Shown here in pieces: positions 41,907-54,867 of a stretch of DNA of 64,000 nucleotides. The stretch spans positions 181,040,001 through 181,104,000 of the forward strand of contig OX597816.1 in assembly GCA_951406725.2 (NCBI GenBank), read 5' to 3'. The first letter of the stretch is position 1. Every line of letters starts with the position of its first letter. The notes beneath the pieces are model-generated. The model ran no database searches and was not told the origin of the DNA. It worked only from the letters and a program-made list of their open reading frames with translations. The translations under genes and the position numbers were made by a program. The stretch is from Octopus vulgaris. Taxonomy: Eukaryota.

Positions 41907-42708
41907 TACATATATCTACATACCTACATATATATGTATATATACATGCATATGTGGGTACAGGACATAAAAAAAACGCAGAGAGAATGAGAAACGAGAA
42001 CATAAAATACAAAAACATATAAAACGAACATTTTTTCAAACAACGAAAGAAACAAGCAAACAGGAAAATAAGACATGCAACATAAAGAACATTCCTTTCA
42101 TTAGTTGTCCCCTGTTCTATCTACTTCGTTAAAACAGTCCTTCCCGCAAAGCAAATTAAATAAAATTTGGGAATTTATTGCGGAGGGTGAAAGTGGTAAC
42201 AAAAACAGGACAGTGAGAACAAAACAGTAAAAAACAAACGGTGAGGGTTGTTAAGCCAAGACGATGTGAAGTGGTGAACGATGGAAAAACGAGCTTTGAG
42301 AAGAGACAGATAAAAGTATGTTTTGTCTTTAGGAAGGAAGTAGAAGAAAGAAAGACGGATGGTCATTGGTCACGTGTGAGCAACAAGAAAGAGTGAGAGA
42401 GAGAGGGGGAACGGTGAAGTGGAGAGGAGAAGAACAAGCAAAGGGTGGCAGAGAAAAACAGAAAGGAAAAAGAACAAGAGAGGAAGACAGATAGAAAGAA
42501 TAGAGATAGAATAAGAGTGCGCATCGTAATTATTAAGATAAAACTTACTTGCAAATGGATGCGTGGCGTTCGATCATATAACAATATAAATAATGTATAA
42601 ATATGTACGTACCTACATATATATGTATATATACATGCATATATGGGTACAGGACATGAAAGAAACGTAGACAGAATGAGAAACGAGAACATAAAAAATA
42701 AAAACATA
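41803..42708 (-). mobile_element. Element with partial-tandem direct repeats (41803-42020 / 42553-42708); related to 28070-28450
   Basis: aaatggatgcgtggcgttcgatcatataa..gggtacaggacat..gaatgagaaacgagaacataaaa duplicated. Confidence 0.7.
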
Positions 42709-42867
42709 GTCGATCACAGCGACTCCAGTGCGTAACTGGTACTTCATATCTCGACCCCGAAAGGGCAAAGTCGACCTCGACGGAATTTGAACTCAGAACA
42801 TGAAGACGGACGAAATACCGCTAAGCATTTTGCCCGGTGTGCTAACGTTTCTGCCAGCTCGCCGCCT
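42709..42867 (-). mobile_element. Family-A SINE
   Basis: ..gctaacgtttctgccagctcgccgcc. Confidence 0.85.
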
Positions 42868-43945
42868 TTTATACACACACATTTTACCTATTATACACAC
42901 CTTTTACCTATTTCGGTTATGATATCATTTTTGAAATTCTTAAATTTTATTTTCATACAACATGACAATATGGTTTATAAACAATCGACCATAGTGCCCC
43001 TATATAAAATTTCTATTAATATCTTAGGTTTCTTGGCGTCTTCCCCCTTTAACTGGTAATTAACATCATGATTTAAAGTCTACTCCTACCCTGCCTCTTT
43101 TTATAGGCAGTTACTTATATCCAACTGACTATTCCAATGTCTTATTTCCTTCCTGGGGAAAAAGGATATATATGATAATATTTATGACAATACCTAACCA
43201 CGAACTGTCAACTAACTCTTTTTCTTTATTCAAAATAGTCTTCTAGTCTTATATGTATATATGCATGTATATATACATATATATGTAGTTGATAAAGAGA
43301 TAAATGAATTATAAATGAATTACAACCCTTACAGCCCTATGACCCCACTATGCTCTATGCGATTCTTAGAAGTTGTAAGTTGTAGTCTATTCTTAGCTAC
43401 AATAGTGACAACGTGAATTTCTTCCATCTTGCTCTGTCAAAATATTTAAGAAAAATTATATTAATGTGTTCTACTTGTTAAAATTCCATTTATTTTTTTG
43501 TGCAGCTGAAGATGTTACTGAATTTAAATTGATGTAATCATTACATTGTTTAATTAAACGGGATCGCTTGAAACGGTCTTATTCCATCACTACTTGGTAT
43601 CCTGTTGCTTATTTTGATTTATATATGTATGTATGTATTATATCTAAAATATACGTACGTTTGTCTGCGAGTGTATGTATCTGAGCGCGCGCGCTCATGT
43701 GTGTGTGTGTGTGTGAGTGTATGTACGTTTAGGTGTAAATACAGTGAAAATGTACTCAATGCATGTAACAGAGTTTATATATTCTCTCAATGCTAATGAG
43801 TCACTCATTGATACTCTGAGTGCCTCACGTGCGAGAATTCGTTGAGGCTGGATACAAAATGAAAAAGAATATGAAGGTGTGTGTGCGCGCGCGCGTGTGT
43901 GTGTACGAGTATATATATTTGTGTGTACTATATATATGTATATAT

Positions 43946-44228
43946 ATCTGTAAATATAATATGTGACAATTATTCGGTAGCCATGATAAAACTAGGAGTT
44001 TCGGATGTCGGGGCGGAAATCCACGCCGGTATCTCTTCAGTTATGGAGCCATCGAAAAAAACTGAATAACTGAAGAGATGCCGGCGTGAGTTTCCGCCTC
44101 GACATCCGAAACTCGGAGTTTTATCATGGCTACCGAATAATTGTCACATATTACATTTACAGATAAATTCCTCTACATAATATCAAGGTCTCTTTTATTC
44201 TTTTGTTGTCTTGCCATTTCTATCAATA
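43946..44228. mobile_element. PLE-like element: back-to-back HHR units (43946-44044 minus / 44066-44164 plus)
   Basis: ataa-CTGAAGA (44070)..gacatcc-GAAACTCGGAGTT-ttat; ~99-bp inverted arms; same family as 4406-4660. Confidence 0.8.
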
Positions 44229-44272
44229 CACACACACACACACGTATATATATATATTTATATATTTATATA

Positions 44273-44310
<38 letters not shown>

Positions 44311-44314
<4 letters not shown>

Positions 44315-45114
44315 CATTATATAAAAGGGCTTAGTAAAATAAATTACTTTGCCGCATACTGAACTCATTAGAAATAGCAGCTAAAAAACTTTTTTAAAAC
44401 TATTTCTAATGAGTTCAGTATGCGGCAAAGTAATTTATTTTACTAAGCCCTTTTATATAATGTAATAATTTGAATTCGCCTTAAATGGTCCCTTTGCATA
44501 CTGAACACTTAGTGAAATTGATTAATAATTAATTAATTTTACCCTCAATTGTTGAAATTATAATTAATCTCCCTCTAATTAATGCTTCGGATTTTACCGA
44601 AATAAGCATAGTGTTTGCTGATTTTAACCCACGCTGGTGGAAAAGGGAGAACAGAAATTCTTCGCTTGCATATTTGAGTTTGTTGGCACTGTTAGTTACG
44701 AGCAGATCTTCGAAAGCGATGAGAAGCCGAAAGGGTATGCTCTCACTTTCAGTGTTTTCAAATCCAAACCAAGGAGTTTCTGAGCTGATGATAGAAGTGT
44801 CGTGTTGACTAATCTTGAAACGTACGTTCTCAAATAACCTTTGCATTTGATTTTTTGATGTCTTTAACCCCAAACTTTCGTGAGTTGAGTTGAGCAAGCA
44901 CTATATGAGAGAGGTTTTCTTTAAGTATTAGAAATAGTTTTAGAAAGGTTTTTTGGCTGCTATTTCTAATGAGTTCAGTATGCGGCAAAGTAATTTATTT
45001 TACTAAGCCCTTTTATATAATGTAATAATTTGAATTCGCCTTAAATGGTCCCTTTGCATACTGAACACTTGGTGAAATTGATTAATAATTAATTAATTTT
45101 ACCCTCAATTGTTG

Positions 45115-45122
<8 letters not shown>
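44311..45122 (+). mobile_element. Retrozyme/PLE-like element: inverted tail, direct repeats and internal HHR, within (TA)n
   Basis: 44311-44377 is the inverse of 44400-44466; 44400-44562 repeats at 44960-45122; HHR at 44781-44832. Confidence 0.85.
44781..44832 (+). ncRNA. Type-I hammerhead with palindromic stem III
   Basis: tgag-CTGATGA-(aga..gtc/gac..tct)-GAAAC-GTAC-GTT-ctca. Confidence 0.8.
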
Positions 45123-45167
<45 letters not shown>

Positions 45168-45168
45168 T

Positions 45169-45320
45169 TGTTATGCCCGGGTCACGGAAGACCATTAGTT
45201 CCGCACCTATAAAGTGCGGCGCTTAACCGCATAGGTGACTTGTCAGACACGCGAGTCTCCCATACGACTAAGTGCTTTATAGGTGCAAGACTAATGGTCA
45301 CTCTCTGACCAGCCATAACA
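45169..45320. mobile_element. Foldback MITE-like element between TA tracts
   Basis: Imperfect ~48-bp inverted arms tgttatg..gaccattagt..gcacctataaag / ctttataggtgc..actaatggtc..cataaca. Confidence 0.6.
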
Positions 45321-45326
45321 ATCAAC

Positions 45327-45381
<55 letters not shown>

Positions 45382-45859
45382 GCACAGCTTTTGTCAAGTT
45401 GCGGGGAGTGGACATACATAATTGACAAATAACTTACATTTCTGAGTAAGTAGTAATAATGTACAGAAAATAATTTCCTTTGCAGAGAGTGAATTTTTTA
45501 AGTGCATAAACTATAGGAAATTCGAATTGATTATGACTATAAAGAGGTGTTAATAGAAATTCAATAGAAAGGTTCTATAATGAACAGAAAGGTGTTATAG
45601 TGAGTAGATAGGTGTTTTAACCAATAGAGGGTGTTATATGTATCAGAAAAGTGTTATAATCTATAGATAGGTGTTGTAGACAATAAAGTCTATAGTCGAT
45701 AGAGAAGTGTTAAAAACTCATAAAGAGGTGTTGTTGTTAATAGAGTTTGCAGTTAATGATATAGTAGTTATTGGAGAGGTGTTTGTGTTATATTGCAAAA
45801 TATCGAACTCAGCACTTTATGTGTCCGAAATGTAGACAATTGTAAAACTGTGTACTCAC

Positions 45860-46040
45860 CTAAATCATCGATGTGTTCAGACATTGTGAGGGAAACAATC
45901 ACCAAAAGAACGCTAACAGTCAGCATTGTCATGGAGACGATCATGACAACACGGGCGATCAACTTCTGTTTCTTAGTGGGTTCTCTCTTGGCAAAGCGTT
46001 TAACTACCTCCTTGCACCTCGTCGTTGTCCCGCTTTCCAT
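45860..46040 (-). CDS. Coding exon of an uncharacterised single-pass membrane protein (frame stays open upstream to ~46298)
   Basis: MESGTTTRCKEVVKRFAKREPTKKQKLIARVVMIVSMTMLTVSVLLVIVSLTMSEHIDDL; basic patch then hydrophobic helix; consensus donor AG|GTGAGT at 45860/45859; non-repetitive, higher GC. Confidence 0.7.
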
Positions 46041-46742
46041 TTTGTAATATATCGATTCTCCCGGTTCCAGTTGACACGAGAGGATTTCGATGGAGTCATC
46101 GTGGTCCGTTCCCAAATCTGAGTAGATCTGCAGCTCATACGGTTCATAGCTGCGCTGAGTGGAACTTCTTTCGTCGCCAGTGGAGCCACTGTCGGCTAAT
46201 TCTTCTGCAGAGGTAGCCAGCTTGAGAGAATTACAAAGAAGCCGAAGAAACCGTCCGAAACGCTGAGTTATACTCTTCACACCTGCTTTTCCCTTCCGTC
46301 ACGGTAACAGAGAAAGACGCTCGCTTTAAAGGACCTGAGGTTCCTTTGCTTTATCCTGCATCCATGTTTCTAGATTGCCTTTAGAAAACCATAATTCAAT
46401 AGTATGGGATAAAGTTAAGCAACACAGTTGCTAACGAGTCGTCCACTTTGGTTTGGTTCTATTTCTTTATCTCACATAGTACACTTTACGTTTATTTGTA
46501 TGGTAAGATACCTATTAGAGTCATTATTTTATTCATCCCATTGAAAAACTGTAAACGTTTATTTATTCTTTTAATGTGAATTCGTTGTAATGAATATCTC
46601 GAATTATTCGTTCAATTCCGTCACAGCATTTCCTTTCGAAGTCTTTTCGTTTGAAAGAAAGTTATGACATCATTAAGAAGAATTGGCAGTGAAATATTCA
46701 GGAATTCTTGAAGAACAATTATTATTGTTGTTGTTGTTGTTG

Positions 46743-46815
<73 letters not shown>

Positions 46816-47742
46816 TTTTATTACTCGTACATTCAATTGAGCGTTACCATTCAGATAAGTAAATTCTTCTGACAAGTAATATTTAAGTTATATTCATCAT
46901 GTACATTGAGAAACGCCTAAAAGATATTATCATTTTAGAGAGCGATCCAATTATGAATATATTTGTGTGTGTGTGTGTAAATTCACAGTTTTTTGGTATT
47001 CTCTTTTTCAACACCACGATATTATAGTTATGCTGTAACCAACTTCATTAACTTGAAATAACAAAGTGATAAAAAAAATTGCTAAGTACAGATTTTAGTT
47101 GATTTGCACTCATAATATCAATTACATTTCCAAGAGTAAAAGGAATCATGATGTTCCTTCAAGATACGCAATGTCACGCCTGGATAACATTTTGTCTCTT
47201 TAAGCTTTTCTGTTTTAGATTTTCAATTAAAGTGTGAACATAGAAGCACTTGAAATTATTCTATCTCATTGTAATTACACATTTTATTTCGTCTCTCCTT
47301 CAAATGAGAAAAGATTGCGTCTAGGTAGGAAGAAGCCCTTTTGTTCATTATGACAGTCTGTGGTGATGGTTGCTATGAAACTGCTTTGTCTCCAACAATG
47401 CTTGACTCTCATTTCATGTCTCACAGATCCGGTTCAGTTGGAGCCTTCACACCATTTAGCCCTGCAAAAAGAAATAATACCAATATAGGCAAGCATTGTT
47501 TCAACTAAAATAGTTTTAATACTACAGAAGCTATATTAAAAATGAGACAAAGAGATGTGTCGATTATAAAGTTCCCTTGAGACACGCAATTTCATAGCAT
47601 GTATATGGTGTCATATATCTATATACGTGTCTGTGTGTGTGTGTGTGCATGTATGTATTCATGTATTACATATTTCCGTGTGCGTGAATATATACATATG
47701 TTTATATATTTACATATGTATATATGTATGTATACATATATA

Positions 47743-47799
<57 letters not shown>

Positions 47800-47862
47800 A
47801 TATTGTTATATTTCGGAATGGTCATATTGCCAGTTTATGACCATTCCGAAATATAACAATAT
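47800..47862. repeat. 27-bp perfect hairpin at the edge of a TA tract; the adjacent sequence is related to 27805-27860
   Basis: atattgttatatttcggaatggtcata / tatgaccattccgaaatataacaatat. Confidence 0.85.
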
Positions 47863-47915
47863 CTGTTTCAACACACGACTTCACATAAAAAATCTTGCAC
47901 AACAAATATTTAAAC

Positions 47916-47969
<54 letters not shown>

Positions 47970-48899
47970 CAGACATACCTATATGTATGCATGTATATGT
48001 ATGTGAATTTGTGTGTCTGTATGGGATACATGTACCCGTGCCTGTGTGTTTGTGTGTATGTGTGTGTGAGTGTGTTTGTGTGTATGTGTGTGTGTGTGTG
48101 CGGACGTGTGTATGTGTGTGTATGCGCGTGCGTATTCTAGTTCTATCTTTTGAACTTCTCGCCAATGGAAAACTAGCACGTTTCTAACCCAAAAGGAGAC
48201 TCTTTCATTCAAATTTAAACAATACCATAAGGGTATGTATGCATGTACGCGTGTGAACACTTATGTATATATGCATGTACGTATGTACATTCTTATATAC
48301 ATGTATAAATATCATAAATATATGTATATGAACATGTGTGACATATATTCATCTGTGAAAGCATAAATGCCTTTGCATATACGGATTTCAATGCCTTGAT
48401 TTATGTATGTGCACTAATGTAAGTCTGCTTGTCTTATGTATGTGCACTAATGTAAGTCTGCTTGTCTTATGTATGTGAACTTATGTATGTCTGTATTCTA
48501 CACATGTGCATATGGAATTATTACATGGTAAACTTCTGGAATGTTCTACATATTTTCAGTGTAACTTTAATGGCCTGTAGAAGTTTTTACTGGTTTTGTG
48601 AAGACCATTATCTCAAGTTTGGTGCTGAGACAGTTTGTTACATAACTACATGCGTAAATTATCTTAGCTATAAATCAAAAGCTATGGCCCAAAAGGAATA
48701 ACTGAGCTTTTCGCATTACTGCGAGATAATTTCTTTTTACCTAATCTTGATTGCTTGGTAAGAAGCTTGCTTCCCAGGCATATGGTTCCAGATTCAGTCC
48801 TACTGCGCGCAGATTGGACAAGTTTCTTGTACTATAGCCATGGATGTTTGTGAATGGATTTGGTAGACGGATACTGAAAGAATTATATATATATATATA

Positions 48900-49455
48900 T
48901 TTATAATTATGAGTATAGGGAGAATACGAGACCTCATTCGTATGTTTTGAATTCGTTGGTACTGGTCATTGGATATAGTTTGTCTGATGTTACTTGAATC
49001 AGATAGGTATGTTCAATATTTTCATTGCTCTCAAATTTAAAATCTTGAAATCTTGTGCTGATGAAGAGAATGATAGAATGAAGGTATGATTTTTGCATTT
49101 TCATATCTATCTAACTCAGAAACGCGTCCACAGGTAATCAAATGCCGAGTGAATTTTCGTTGGTTTTTCCTCTATACCTACGTGAATTGTTTTGAGTATA
49201 TGTTGTCTGGGAGTTTCTTCTTATAGTAGAAGAAATAGCTAAGATCTTTGGTTGCTATTTCTAAAGTTCGGTATGTGGCGAAGCAAATTTTGCTGAACCC
49301 TAATTATAGTTATACTCATAATTATAAAAAAATATAAAAATATATTGTTTAAATTTAACGAAAATGGTCCTTTTAACATGCCGAATACTACTTGGGGGAA
49401 TTATTAATTACTAATTAATTAATTAATTAATTTTACCCTTTATTATTATTGATAA
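48900..49455 (+). mobile_element. PLE-like HHR element with 18-bp 5' inverted tail
   Basis: 48900-48917 is the inverse of 49311-49328; HHR inside; tail shared with 27050-27335, 38410-38510 and 44950-45122. Confidence 0.8.
49052..49134 (+). ncRNA. Type-I hammerhead with extended stem II
   Basis: cttgtg-CTGATGA-(gag..gataga.atgaa/ttcat.tctatc..ctc)-GAAAC-GC-GTC-cacagg. Confidence 0.8.
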
Positions 49456-51271
49456 TATATCATATATATATATATATATTTGTGTGTGTCTTTGTGTTTA
49501 TGTTTGTCCTTCGCCACTGTTTAACAACCGGTGTAGGTGTGTTTACATCCCCACTACATTAGCGGTTCGGCAAATAAAAAATAAGTACTGGAGTCGATTC
49601 ATTCGACCTCAAATTTTTCAAAATGGTGCCCCAACATGACCGCAGTCTAATGACTGAAACAAATAAAAGATAAAAGATTATAATAAAATCTGCTGCGCAA
49701 TATTTTTCCTTTATTAGGCTTACTTCTTTTCTCGTCGCAAATTATGACATGTGGTCTGTTATACATGTATCTTACTGAGGTCTTAACAGGAACATTCCAC
49801 CAGTATTCTCCCATATTATGATTCATTATGACCTTTACATTACAATTAGTTCTACGATTTGTATTCTGAGGATTATCCTTCTCACAGATTACTTCGTATG
49901 TTTTGGCCACCTGCATACTTATCACTTCTGTTCATCAAGTATTTCCTGGTTAAGCGTACAACTTTTCTTCTTCTAAGCTGTTTGGAAACGGTGTGAAACT
50001 TCACTGACTATGTATCTCTGGAATACTATTTGAGCAACAACTTTCCAGTTCTCTTTATGTTTTCTGCCTCATGTATACATGTTTCATTCACGGATGCACT
50101 TCGATACGTGCAGGTTAGTGGATGCTGTCGAACGGATAAAATGCAACATTCAAAGGCTGCCGCATTGTTTTTCTTTTAAACAGAAGCCGTCTATATTGCA
50201 GTTGATGTTGATTACTGGTGTAGGTTGAAAGTTTTCAGATTTTAAGATCAATAGCTCGGATTCCTTCTGCGGTCCAATCAGGCGGTCTAAATGCACCTTT
50301 GAATTCTGCTAGAGCAAACACATTGGCGGTTACGAATTCTTTTATCAGAATCTTCTAATGAGCCGTAATGATATTATTATTTACACGGCAATCTTGGCGA
50401 GATAGATACAAACAAGCAGAGTACATTGCATACATTGGATTCTGACATGCAACTGAATAGTAGTTTTTTCTCCAAGTGATGGGCATTGTTACCAATTGGG
50501 TCAACATACCAGCCTGGTACGTTTATATGTCCAGTAAGAGCTTACTAGGAAAGGTCTATAGATAGCCTCTGATAATAGGTTCGTCTTTTCCTTACTATTT
50601 CCTTGCTTTTGTTTTCTTTTTTTTTTTTGCTTTCTTGCGGGAGGTTGTTTTATTTTTTACTGCACCGACAATCAAATTTCTTTTTGATACTTGGCTATTC
50701 TGAAGACTTTAAATGAAGATCTTAAGTGTATCATTTTAATGCTGTTATGTTTTCCGTGTAATCTAAGGACAATACTTCTTTCAAATTTCATTTAGCCACG
50801 CTACATCCTGATTAAAATAATTTTCCTTACTCAGATTTTTTTCAAAATGACTCTATATCATCCTAATAAGGAGATTCTGTGAAATTTATTGATTTTCTCA
50901 TTGTATCTCTATAAATTGTTGATTGGTTTCGATGAAATGACTTGTTAATTATTTTTCTTTTAACTACTCTCTTTAGATACCAGAGGGTTTTTTCCCTGAT
51001 AGCTCTTAATCCCTGTTTGAGAGTGATTAATTTGTATTCAAGTGTTCTTTTTTCTGCACCAAAGAGGAATCTAGTTATTTGTTTGTTCTATGTAATAAGC
51101 AACACTACATGGCTATTTTTCCGTAGGGCAACGATCCTTTTTTTTTTCTATTTTCTAATCAATGATAGCACTTATTTTGATCTTTTTGCCTTTCTTAACT
51201 ACGTTAATATCTCCAACATAGTGCATTACAGTAGTTAATTCACCAAGACGAAGATACATACGTAAGCATGT

Positions 51272-51308
<37 letters not shown>

Positions 51309-51398
51309 TGTAGTTACGCATACAGGTACTTATATGTATTCATGTATGCATTTCTGCATGTTTATAAGTATTAGTATGTGTATATATATATATATATA

Positions 51399-52571
51399 CT
51401 AGCTGAAGGTGACCCGCTCTACGCGCGGGTAAGAGTGTGGGTGTTACTTTCTGTTGCCTCCTTTCAGCACGTAAAAAGCACCATCCGAACGTGGCCGATT
51501 GCAGCACCGCCTTGACTTGCTTCTGTGCCGCTGGCACGTAAAAAGCACCAACCGATCGTTGCCACTGCGAGCCCCACTGGCACCAGTGCCGGCGGCACGA
51601 AAAAAGCACTCACTACACTCACAGAGTGGTTGGCGTTAGGAAGGTCATCCACCTGTAGAAGCACTGCCAGATCAGACTGGAGCCTGGTGCAGCCTCCTGG
51701 CTTCTGAGACCCCAGTCACACTGCCCAACCCGTGCTAGCACGGAAAACGGACGTTAAACGATGATGATGATGATGATTCTCCGTATTTGTTTCTCTCTCC
51801 TTTCTCTCTCACTTTCCCACTCTCTTACTTTTCTTTTCTCTCGGACTCTCCCTCGCTTTCTCTTACTCTATCTTTATCTATCTCTCTCCCATTTATAAAC
51901 AACAGAAGATCTTGAGTAAGTTGAGAAATAAAATATTTAGAAAGATCAATCAGAAATATGAGGCAGTGGCAATGGAAAGGTCTGCTTCAAGGCAGACAGC
52001 AAAACGCTAACATTTAAAAGGGACAGACGAACTTGCGAGCTGAATAAAAATAATAAAATATTGGAAACCAAAGTTTGAAGGGGTAGAATCTGAGGATAGT
52101 AGAGTCACCATGGCTGGCATTTGTTAACGACGGACAGCAACGTTGTGACAGTTTAACGGCTGGCGTAAAATTTTGAACTTGATGTAAAAGGAAATTCGTA
52201 AACACCAAGTTTTGAAGTGATTCTTTCTCACGACAGTAGACTCACCATGGCAAGCATTCAAAACTTCTTTATCATGGACGGCAACACATTGACGCAAATT
52301 TTTTAGTTTGATGTAACAGAGAATTCCTAAACACCCGCTCCTTGAAATTTTAATCCCCTTCCAGCCCCATTTAGACCCCTTTTCACATTTTGGTTAATAT
52401 AACCCGATTTCATTTGGGTCTACTGGGGCCACATTTTATAAGATGAGGAATTTTGTCGTAGAGGTGACGCCTTTCATTTGAGGAACAAAATAGTTGTCAT
52501 GCAAACTTTTCAGCACCTTTAACATAGGTGTGCATATTTTCAGCTGAATCAACCGACTACGTAATGCACAC

Positions 52572-52580
<9 letters not shown>
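51399..52580 (-). mobile_element. Non-autonomous Helitron
   Basis: Minus-strand hairpin acccgcgcgtagagcgggt (51430-51412) then CTAG|T; 5' end merges into a TA tract. Confidence 0.65.
51456..51777 (+). mobile_element. SINE 3' part with (GAT)n tail, nested in the Helitron
   Basis: Internal repeats gcacgtaaaaagcac; ggcgttaggaaggtcatcc; ggacgttaaacgatgatgatgatg. Confidence 0.7.
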
Positions 52581-52620
<40 letters not shown>

Positions 52621-52774
52621 GTGTGTGTGTGCGCACATTATATATACAAATGTATACAAATGAGATATATATCTGTATAAATTAAATTAGAGATAAAACC
52701 ACTAATAGGCAAATCAAACAGTGAAAAACCAAAAACAAAAACATAAAAAAAGAAAATATAACATAGAAAATATA

Positions 52775-53876
52775 TCTATATATATAAAACTATAGTTGTG
52801 TGAGTGTCTGTCCTCTTCGATTTAGATTCCTAACTAGTCCCACATTTTGCGGTGCAGTTTAGCCAAATTCGGGTATCTTATATCGAGCCCGTCTGGGTAT
52901 TAGCGCGCGTCTACGATGAGTGTACGATTTAAAAAATAATTTAACATCATTTTTTATTCCATTTTAATGCATATTTTTTCGTGTGTCGATGGCGGCGGAG
53001 TTGGCGTCCATGGTCACACCTGCACCTGTTTGCTTCTCCCTCTTCTTCCCTCCCTCGTGAAGCTGTGGGGAAGGGAGTGTAAGGAAATCAACGTCGTAAT
53101 GCGTTGTGAAGGAGACCAGCGTTCTTTTAGAACAACGACTTCATGGCTTGAAGTCGCCAAAACAGAAATCGCTAAAAAAGCTGAAACAGATCCACAAAAA
53201 CGGCAAAAACCGCCACACAGGGCAGGTTTCCTGTGCAAACAATTTGCACAACCGAATGTTTTAGTTGTTGCACAAATCTTTATATATAAAAGTAAGTTGT
53301 GTGTCTGTCTCCTACGATTTAGATTCCTAACTACTCCCACATTTTGCGGTGCAGTGTAACCAAAACCGGGTATCTTATAGTCGTGATTCATATCGAGCCC
53401 TTCTGGGTATTAGCGCACGTCTACGATGAGTCTACGATTAAAAAAAAAATTACCATCATTTTTTATTCCATTTTAATGCATTTTTCGCTATTATATAAGG
53501 GAAGTAACTCTCTAAAAATGTCTACGATGAGTCAACGATTAAAAAAAAATTACCATCATTTTTTATTCCATTTTAATGCATTTTTCGCTATTATATAAGG
53601 GAAGTAACACTCTAAAAATGTCTACGATGAGTCAACGATTAAAAAAAAAATTACCATCATTTTTTATTCCATTTTAATGCATTTTTCGCTATTATATAAG
53701 GGAAGTAACTCTCTAAAAATGTCTACGATGAGTCAACGATTAAAAAAAAAATTACTATCATTTTTTATTCCATTTTTAATGCATTTTTTGCTATTTTTTT
53801 TTGCTATAACTCACTAAAAATGCTTATATAGTTATTTCCCTTACAAACCCGGAGCAACGCCGGGCGATACTGCTAG
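52775..53876 (+). mobile_element. Composite non-autonomous Helitron with two 5' ends and an internal ~100-bp tandem array
   Basis: A|TC at 52775, second TC head at 53277, repeat units at 53419/53520/53620/53721, hairpin cccggagcaacgccggg then CTAG|T at 53873-53877. Confidence 0.88.
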
Positions 53877-54019
53877 TAAAATATAAAATTGAAAACTTTA
53901 AATTATTTAAATTGAAAATAAAAATTATTAAATTATATTTATAATTTGTTTAAAAATATATATAACTATGAAAAAGTATGAAAAAGTTTAATATACATAA
54001 ATACAGATATATACACTTT

Positions 54020-54260
54020 GTATATATACATTATATATACATATTTATACATAGAACACACACACACACATACATTATATATACATATTTATATATAGAA
54101 CACACACACATACATTATATATACATATTTATATATAGAACACACACACACATACACATACATTATATATACATATTTATATATAGAACACACACACACA
54201 CACACATACATTATATATACATATTTATATATAGAACACACACACACACACACACATATA
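54020..54260. repeat. Minisatellite (cattatatatacatatttatatatagaacacac..) in five copies
   Basis: Direct observation; unit length varies with the CA run. Confidence 0.85.
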
Positions 54261-54662
54261 AATGAACGCAAGAATATCTGATTCATAATATTTGTTCTCA
54301 TGCTCGTGTGTTGTTTGTTGGTGACAGACATATACTTAAAAGAACGTCGCCGAAGTGATAGGAAGGTAGGAAACAGAGTCAGTGAAAAAGAAAGGAAATA
54401 GCGATAGTGACAGATACTTTAAATAACCGTAGTGGACTTCTGAAAGTTATGAAGAGGAGTAAGAGAGGGAAAGGAGGAAATGGGGTGAGTGAGGAAGATG
54501 GCCCCTAGCAACCACACCTTTTAAGATATGGATTTCTAAGGTAGCCCACGAGCATCGTCACCTCATTCTACATGTCCCTGTAAATTTTGGAGCGAATCGG
54601 ACGGGATGTAGTGGCATTGAAAGCGATCCAAGCGGTAAAAACGCATTTCAGTTTTATATATA

Positions 54663-54741
<79 letters not shown>

Positions 54742-54822
54742 CATAGAGAGATAGATATGTATGTATATATACATGCACACATATACACACACATATATAA
54801 ACATATGTATACGCATGTATAT

Positions 54823-54867
<45 letters not shown>

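Larger units (their letters stand above)
48755..49677 (+). mobile_element. SINE family B split (48755-48882 / 49481-49677) by an insertion in its internal TA tract
   Basis: The two halves are colinear with the copy at 38752-39108. Confidence 0.8.

Noticed and set aside
43503-43580. CTGAAGA...GAAACGGTC as a hammerhead
   Set aside because: No convincing stem I or stem II pairing
44368-44382. tagaaatagca resembles the Cas9 sgRNA scaffold (GCTAGAAATAGCAAG)
   Set aside because: Only an 11-nt match inside a eukaryotic repeat tail; no repeat-spacer array or cas genes
44529-44897. 122-aa minus-strand ORF as a possible GIY-YIG remnant
   Set aside because: No GIY/YIG motif, non-ATG start, and antisense to the HHR-defined orientation
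49700-51240. Possible decayed retroelement ORF (similarly 9060-9560 and 40000-40860)
   Set aside because: Only faint motif echoes with many stops; cannot be assigned without a profile search
53419-53820. Regular repeats as a possible CRISPR array
   Set aside because: Units are contiguous tandem copies without unique spacers and lie inside Helitron termini
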